Origin: Gemmatimonadales bacterium | GTDB lineage: Bacteria; Gemmatimonadota; Gemmatimonadetes; Gemmatimonadales; GWC2-71-9 | NCBI GenBank assembly: GCA_038321865.1 | Contig: JBBQFH010000008.1 | Location: 32,001-96,000 of the forward strand | Direction: 5' to 3' | Length of the DNA: 64,000 nucleotides | Shown: positions 58,794 to 64,000 of the stretch, in pieces | Layout of the letters: each line of letters starts with the position of its first letter | Position numbering within the stretch: the stretch's first letter is position 1 | Position numbers and translations under genes: made by a program | The notes under the pieces: model-generated | What the model saw: the letters and a program-made list of their open reading frames with translations, nothing else | The model's database searches: none | Told to the model about the DNA's origin: nothing

Positions 58794-59205
58794 CGTGCTG
58801 CTGGTTGAGGACGACGCCGCCGATGCCGAGCTCACGCTGCTGGCGCTCGGGCGCGCCGGCGTGGACGCAACCGCGCGTCACGTGCGCGACGGCGAATCGG
58901 CGCTGACGCTGCTGCGCGCCAGCGGCTCGTACCCCCGTCTGGTGCTGCTCGACCTCAAGTTGCCGGGAACCCCGGGACTGGAGGTGCTTCGCCAGATTCG
59001 CGCCGAGCCCGCCACGCGGCACGTCCCCGTGGTCGTTTTCACCTCCTCCGCGGAGCCGCGCGATCTCACCGGCAGCTACGGACTGGGCGCCAATGCCTAC
59101 GCCCAGAAGCCGGTGGACTTCGTCGCCTTCAGCGAAGCCATCCGCCACATCTGCGACTTCTGGCTCGGTGTCAACCGGGTTCCCACCCAAACCCCCGGGC
59201 GCTGA
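58780..59205 (+). CDS. Single-domain response regulator (Rcp1-like)
   Basis: LLVEDD, LLDLKLP, FTSS, GANAYAQKP. Confidence 0.92.
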   Translation: MAPIDVLLVEDDAADAELTLLALGRAGVDATARHVRDGESALTLLRASGSYPRLVLLDLKLPGTPGLEVLRQIRAEPATRHVPVVVFTSSAEPRDLTGSYGLGANAYAQKPVDFVAFSEAIRHICDFWLGVNRVPTQTPGR

Positions 59206-59221
59206 CCGGCATCTGATCGAG

Positions 59222-59782
59222 GTGCCAGCGCTCGCAGCCCGCCATCCGATCGAGGCATCCCTCGGCATGTTCGAGCTGGTGGCACGTGCGCGCGCCGGCG
59301 ACCATGACGCCTTCGGCGCGATCTATCGCGCCCACGCCGGCCGGGTGTACGCGCTTTGCCTCCGACTCGAGGGTGACGCCGGCCGGGCGGAGGAGCTGAT
59401 GCAGGACGTCTTCGTCCGTGCATGGGAGCGGCTGGGGTCATTCCGGGGTGACAGCGCGTTCGGAACCTGGCTCCATCGGCTTGCCGTCAACGTCGTACTC
59501 GGGGACCGCCGCTCCGCCTGGCGGCGGGCGCGCCGGGTGTTCACCACCGACGATCCCGCCGCGCTCGAACGCGGGGTGGAGTCACCGGGGCCGGGACTGC
59601 GCATCGATCTGGACCACGCCATCGCCGCCCTGCCGCCGGGGGCGCGCGCCGTGTTCGTGCTCCACGACGTCGAAGGCTACCAGCATGGAGAGATCGCCGA
59701 GTTCATGGGCGTTGCGGAAGGCACCTCGAAGACACAGCTGTTCCGGGCTCGCCGATTGCTGCGGGAGGCACTGGACCGATGA
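59222..59782 (+). CDS. ECF RNA polymerase sigma factor
   Basis: AEELMQDVF, FGTWLHRLAVN, region 4 EIAEFMGVAEGTSKTQLFRAR. Start GTG 59222 or ATG 59267. Confidence 0.92.
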   Translation: MPALAARHPIEASLGMFELVARARAGDHDAFGAIYRAHAGRVYALCLRLEGDAGRAEELMQDVFVRAWERLGSFRGDSAFGTWLHRLAVNVVLGDRRSAWRRARRVFTTDDPAALERGVESPGPGLRIDLDHAIAALPPGARAVFVLHDVEGYQHGEIAEFMGVAEGTSKTQLFRARRLLREALDR

Positions 59783-60396
59783 ACTGCGATGAGATGCGCG
59801 AGCTGGTCGACCGCCATGTGGCCGGCACGCTGGCCCCCGACAGGCGCGAAGCCGCCGACCGGCATCTGGCCGGCTGCGCCGAGTGCCGCGCCGACCTCGA
59901 CGCCGCACGGGCGCTGGCTCCGACGCTGGCCGGCCTCCCCCGGACGATCGAACCCCCGGACGATCTCTGGCCTGACATCAGGAGCCGGCTTTCGGTCCGT
60001 CCGGCTCGCCAGCTCAGCCGCGGCAGGATCGCGGCACTGGCCCTGGCTGCGGCGGTGGTATTGATGGCCGGCTCGTCCGCCGTGACACTCTGGCTCACCC
60101 ACGATCACTCCCAGGAAATGACTGCTGCACCGAGCCCGACGGTGATCGAGGCCGGATATGTGGACGCAAGCGCCCAGCTTCTCCGTGCGCTCGCCGCCGA
60201 GCGGGACAAGCTATCGCCGGCCACGGTCGCGACACTGCAGCGGAACCTGGCTGTCATCGACGCGGCCATCGCCGAGTCGAGAGCGGCGCTGGCGGCTGAT
60301 CCCGGCAACCACGACCTCGCGGCACTGTTGTGGGCCGGCTATCGACAGAAGGTTGCGTTGCTCCAGCAGGTCACCCGCATCGCCGAGCGTACCTGA
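59779..60396 (+). CDS. Zinc-finger (zf-HC2/ZAS) membrane anti-sigma factor
   Basis: N-terminal C...HLAGCAEC; one TM helix; ATGA coupling to the sigma gene. Confidence 0.88.
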   Translation: MNCDEMRELVDRHVAGTLAPDRREAADRHLAGCAECRADLDAARALAPTLAGLPRTIEPPDDLWPDIRSRLSVRPARQLSRGRIAALALAAAVVLMAGSSAVTLWLTHDHSQEMTAAPSPTVIEAGYVDASAQLLRALAAERDKLSPATVATLQRNLAVIDAAIAESRAALAADPGNHDLAALLWAGYRQKVALLQQVTRIAERT

Positions 60397-61256
60397 TGCG
60401 CGGAGCACCGTTCGCGCTGCTGCTGGCGTTGCCCGCCGCACTGGCCGCGCAGCAACACGTCGACCGCCGGTTCGCGGTGCAGTCCAACGCCTCGATTCGA
60501 ATATTCAATCTCGCGGGGAGCACACGGGTCACCGGCTGGGACCGTGATTCGATCACGATCACCGGCGAAGTCCCGAAGGGCGCCGGCCGTTTCTTCGCCG
60601 GCGGCTCGGGCGGGGCGGCCAAGCTCGGCGTCTTTTCCGACTCGCTCGACGCACCCGGCGCCACGCTCGAGATCCGGGTTCCCCGCGGGGCGAATGTCTG
60701 GATCAAGTCGGCCACCGCGACGGTCGCCGTGAGCGGCGTCGAGGGCGAGCTCGACGTGTCGACCGTGAGCGGCAACATCGCGGTGGACGGCGCACCTCGG
60801 CGCCTTGCCACCGAGGCGATGGACGGCAACATCGACCTGGTGACCCGAGCGCCCTTCACCCGCGCAAAAACCGCGAGCGGAGCCATCACGCTGCGGGGTG
60901 GGGGCGGTGACGTCCTCGCATCCTCCGTCAGCGGCCCGATCCGCTACCTTGGCGCGCACAAGGTGCTGACGGGGCGGCTCGAGTCGGTCAGCGGCTCGGT
61001 CGAGTTCGGCGGGACGGTCATGCGTGGCGGCACGCTCAGCATCGAGACCCATGACGGGTCCGTGTCACTGGCGGTCCCCAACGACCAGCTTGCGGATTTC
61101 GAGGTCACGACCTTCGGCGGCGCCGTCACCAACGCCCTTCGTCACGAGGTGGCCAGGATGCCCCGAGGCAAGCCCGTGCGCTTTTCCACCGGGCCGGACG
61201 GCGCGGCGATCACGGTGCGCAGCTTCAAGGGCAGCGTCAGCGTGTCGGCCATGTAG
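60396..61256 (+). CDS. Exported DUF4097 / adhesin-like beta-repeat protein
   Basis: Signal peptide; repeated T/S-x-S-G-x-I units (STVSGNI, TASGAI, SVSGPI, SVSGSV). Confidence 0.85.
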   Translation: MRGAPFALLLALPAALAAQQHVDRRFAVQSNASIRIFNLAGSTRVTGWDRDSITITGEVPKGAGRFFAGGSGGAAKLGVFSDSLDAPGATLEIRVPRGANVWIKSATATVAVSGVEGELDVSTVSGNIAVDGAPRRLATEAMDGNIDLVTRAPFTRAKTASGAITLRGGGGDVLASSVSGPIRYLGAHKVLTGRLESVSGSVEFGGTVMRGGTLSIETHDGSVSLAVPNDQLADFEVTTFGGAVTNALRHEVARMPRGKPVRFSTGPDGAAITVRSFKGSVSVSAM

Positions 61257-61328
61257 CTCCAAACCTTCGGGGCGCGGCGGGCGTCGGATCGGTACGCAGC
61301 TCAATCATTCCCGCTTCCGGAGGTTCCC

Positions 61329-61904
61329 ATGCGCGCACCGACTCGCCGATCCGCTTTCCTGGCCGCAGGCATCGTCCTGGCACTGGGTGCCGCCGCCGGC
61401 CCCGTGCTTGCCGGGCCTCCCTGGGTCTCGATCGAGCTCCCGGCCAACCCGCTGGACCCCACGATCCGCGGCGCCTTCCTCAGCGTCCGCTCCTACCATC
61501 ACCAGACGCAGACCGCGTACCCGGTCATCGGCCGTGCCATCGGCATGGTGGATGGCCGCCGCCGGACCTATGACCTCACGCTGTCGCCGACGGGCACCCC
61601 CGGACTCTATGCCGTCCGCCGCACCTGGCCCGCGACCGGGACATGGGTATTGACGTTCAACGTCGGCGGCAGCGAAGGGCCGACCGCCATCGTCGGCGTG
61701 GGGCCCGATGGTGAAGTCCATTCGGTGAAGGTGCCCCGGCGGTCGCCCGACCAGCCGTGGGGCCGCCCGGTTACCGACCGGGACATCGATTCGGCGCTGC
61801 AGTCGCTGGCCGCGGCACACGGCCCGCTCACCACCGATGCGGGCTTCGCCGGCGCGGCGCTGACGCTGCCCGTACTAGTGCTCGCGGCGCGCCGTCGTCG
61901 CTGA
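61329..61904 (+). CDS. Exported hypothetical protein with C-terminal hydrophobic anchor and basic tail
   Basis: RBS GGAGG; signal peptide; ends GFAGAALTLPVLVLAARRRR. Confidence 0.7.
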   Translation: MRAPTRRSAFLAAGIVLALGAAAGPVLAGPPWVSIELPANPLDPTIRGAFLSVRSYHHQTQTAYPVIGRAIGMVDGRRRTYDLTLSPTGTPGLYAVRRTWPATGTWVLTFNVGGSEGPTAIVGVGPDGEVHSVKVPRRSPDQPWGRPVTDRDIDSALQSLAAAHGPLTTDAGFAGAALTLPVLVLAARRRR

Positions 61905-61960
61905 GGACTCGCCCGGAGAATCGGTATAGATTCCGGACTTCTTCGACCTCTGGAGTCCGT

Positions 61961-62389
61961 ATGCCGACGAGCAGCTCTGAAGCGACCTGGGAAGGGAAAC
62001 TGAGGGACGGCAAGGGCCGGTTTCGCGCGTTGTCGGGCGCGTTCGAGGCCCCCTATTCATTCGCGACGCGCTTCGGCGAGGCCAAGGGGACCAATCCCGA
62101 GGAGCTGCTCGCCGCGGCGCATGCGGCCTGTCTCAGCATGGCGATTTCGGCCGGCCTCGAGAAGGCGGGACATCCGGCAACCAGAATCACCACCACGGCC
62201 GCCGCCACGGTGGACCGGGCGGGTGACGGATTCAAAATCACCACCATGAAGCTCCGCGTCCGCGGACTGGTGGCCGGGATCGACGCCGCCGCGTTCCGGC
62301 AGGCGGCCGAGGAGGCGAAGCAGGGCTGCCCGATTTCGCAGGCGTTGCAGGGCAACGTCCAGGTCGAGCTCGATGCCGCGCTGGAATAG
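61961..62389 (+). CDS. osmC: OsmC family peroxiredoxin
   Basis: WEG, YSFATRF, TNPEELLAAAHAAC, CPIS. Confidence 0.93.
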   Translation: MPTSSSEATWEGKLRDGKGRFRALSGAFEAPYSFATRFGEAKGTNPEELLAAAHAACLSMAISAGLEKAGHPATRITTTAAATVDRAGDGFKITTMKLRVRGLVAGIDAAAFRQAAEEAKQGCPISQALQGNVQVELDAALE

Positions 62390-62395
62390 GGGTCC

Positions 62396-63595
62396 ATGAC
62401 GATACCCCTGGCCGACGCCCGGCTGAACCGGTGGCGCGCAGATACCCCGGGCGTGGATGGTCGGATTCATCTCAACAATGCCGGCGCCGCCTTACAACCC
62501 GATCCGGTGCTGGCCGCCGTCTGCGGACATCTGGCACGCGAGGCCTCGCTGGGCGGCTACGAGGCGGCGGACGCCGCGAAGGGCGAGATCGCGCGCGTCT
62601 ACGAAGCGCTGGGCCTGCTGATCGGCGCGGCCCCTTCCTGCATCGCCCTGGCACAGAGCTCCACGACGGCGTTCGCGCAGGCTTTGTCTGCGTTCGATTT
62701 CGCGCCCGGTGATGCGATCCTCACCACCCGCGCAGACTACGCCTCCAACCAGATCATGTTTCTGTCGCTCGCCCGGCGGCGCGGGGTCGAGGTGCTGCGC
62801 GCCGAGGATCTGCCCGAGGGCGGCGTGGACCCCGGCTCGGTGCGCCGGGCGATCGCGCGCCGCCGGCCCGCCCTGGTGGCGGTCTCCTGGATACCGACCA
62901 ACTCCGGACTGGTCCAGGACGCCGAGGCGGTCGGCGCGATCTGCCGGGAGACGGCGGTCCCGTATCTCGTGGACGCGTGTCAGGCGGTCGGTCAGATGCC
63001 TGTGGACGTGGCGCGGCTCGGCTGTGACTTCCTGGCGGCGACGGCGCGGAAGTTCCTGCGCGGGCCGCGGGGGATGGGATTTCTCTACGTCTCGGACACG
63101 GCGCTGGCGCGCGGTGCGTTTCCGCTTCTGGTGGACATGCGTGGCGCGACGTGGAGCGGAGCCGACGAGTTCACGCTCTCCCCGGGCGCGCGCCGGTTCG
63201 AGACCTGGGAAATGCCCCCCGCGCTGGTGCTCGGGCTCGGTGCCGCGGCGGAGTATGCCCTTGGGGTGGGGCTGGATACCGCGCGGGACCGGTCGTGGTC
63301 ACTGGCCGAGCGGGCACGGGCTGGCCTGGCGGCGCTGCCCGGTGCCCGCGTGCTGGACCGCGGGCGGACTCGCTGCGCCATCGCCACTGTCGCGTTCGCC
63401 GGTCATGACGGTGCCGAGCTGAAGCTCCGGCTCCGCGAACGCGGGATCAACACCAGCTCTCCCGGCCGCGAGGACGCGGTGATCGACATGGACGCCAAAG
63501 GGACCGACTCGGCGCTCCGGATTTCTCCGCACTATTACAATATTGAGAGCGAAGTCGACGACGCGGTCGCCGCGATCGCCGAACTGGTCAGCTGA
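62396..63595 (+). CDS. Class V PLP-dependent enzyme (cysteine desulfurase / EgtE-like C-S lyase)
   Basis: HLNNAG, DACQAVGQ, ATARKFLRGPRG (PLP Lys), RISPHYYN. Confidence 0.88.
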   Translation: MTIPLADARLNRWRADTPGVDGRIHLNNAGAALQPDPVLAAVCGHLAREASLGGYEAADAAKGEIARVYEALGLLIGAAPSCIALAQSSTTAFAQALSAFDFAPGDAILTTRADYASNQIMFLSLARRRGVEVLRAEDLPEGGVDPGSVRRAIARRRPALVAVSWIPTNSGLVQDAEAVGAICRETAVPYLVDACQAVGQMPVDVARLGCDFLAATARKFLRGPRGMGFLYVSDTALARGAFPLLVDMRGATWSGADEFTLSPGARRFETWEMPPALVLGLGAAAEYALGVGLDTARDRSWSLAERARAGLAALPGARVLDRGRTRCAIATVAFAGHDGAELKLRLRERGINTSSPGREDAVIDMDAKGTDSALRISPHYYNIESEVDDAVAAIAELVS

Positions 63596-64000
63596 CGCCG
63601 CGGAGCAGCGGCTGCAGGACGCGCCACACGTTGTCGGCGAGGATGCGCTGCCCGACGGCGGTCGGATGCATGCCGTCCGGCTGGTTGAGCGAGTCGATTC
63701 CCGCCACGTGCGCCAGCAGGAACGGAATCAGGACCGCCCCGTTGGCCGCCGCCAGCTCGGGAAAGACCACGCGGAATCGCCGGGTGTATTCGATGCCGTA
63801 ATTGGGTGGCGCCTCTATCCCGACGATGACGATGCGGGGCGGCGGCGCCTGGGCGCGCGCGCGGTCGATGATCGCCTGAATGTTGCCGCGCATCGCGGCC
63901 ACGTCGAGCCCTCGAAGCCCGTCGTTGGCGCCGGTCTCGATCACCAGCACGGCAACCGGCCGGCTCATGATCCAGTCGATGCTGCGGCGGGAGTCGGCCG
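63588..64000 (-). CDS. SGNH/GDSL arylesterase (TesA-like), 5' end outside window
   Basis: ETGANDGLRG, PPNYG, PFLL, DGMHP. Confidence 0.9.
   Translation of the reverse strand, partial: ADSRRSIDWIMSRPVAVLVIETGANDGLRGLDVAAMRGNIQAIIDRARAQAPPPRIVIVGIEAPPNYGIEYTRRFRVVFPELAAANGAVLIPFLLAHVAGIDSLNQPDGMHPTAVGQRILADNVWRVLQPLLRGVS

Noticed and set aside
56073..58835. 920-aa minus-strand ORF, and similar long ORFs such as 39231-41144 (+), 14535-16010 (+), 43003-44691 (+) and 52639-54600 (-)
   Set aside because: These are antisense or alternate-frame shadows of genes with clear motifs; they are expected at this GC content and have no motifs of their own.
59222..61256. ECF sigma / anti-sigma / DUF4097 trio as a novel system
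   Set aside because: This is a common, already recognised arrangement; nothing unusual is visible.
62396..63595. Ergothioneine biosynthesis cluster
   Set aside because: Only an EgtE-like PLP enzyme is present, with no egtB or egtD nearby; the substrate cannot be assigned.

Overview
This is a high-GC bacterial chromosomal segment that is almost entirely coding. Gene content (membrane Ser/Thr kinase, many exported peptidases, TSP3-OmpA proteins, ECF/anti-sigma/DUF4097 trio) suggests Gemmatimonadota; that assignment is inference. I saw no rRNA, tRNA, CRISPR array, integrase or transposase. From left to right it holds: the tail of a probable exopolysaccharide locus; a MacB/LolCDE-type ABC locus; M1 and M16 peptidases and a Rieske protein; an mntR-mntH operon with its own operator; a DNA adenine methyltransferase plus SNF2-like helicase pair; Pit phosphate transport genes; a 9-gene arginine operon with an ARG box; an M42 peptidase pair; two OmpA genes; transporters; a two-component system; an ECF sigma locus; osmC; and a PLP enzyme. 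There are four main leads. (1) The arg operon has no argA or argJ but carries an uncharacterised DUF1611/DgcN-like P-loop protein, and its ArgF' has the succinyl-type specificity residue, pointing to a candidate new N-acyl (succinyl?) glutamate synthase. (2) One ABC permease appears naturally split into two complementary genes, with an AttH/lipocalin-like domain fused at the break point. (3) The methyltransferase-helicase module has no recognisable nuclease. (4) Exported proteins show Bacteroidota-like marks: D-S/T O-glycosylation sequons and Gln at +1 after the signal peptide. All family assignments come from reading motifs by eye; no database search was run.
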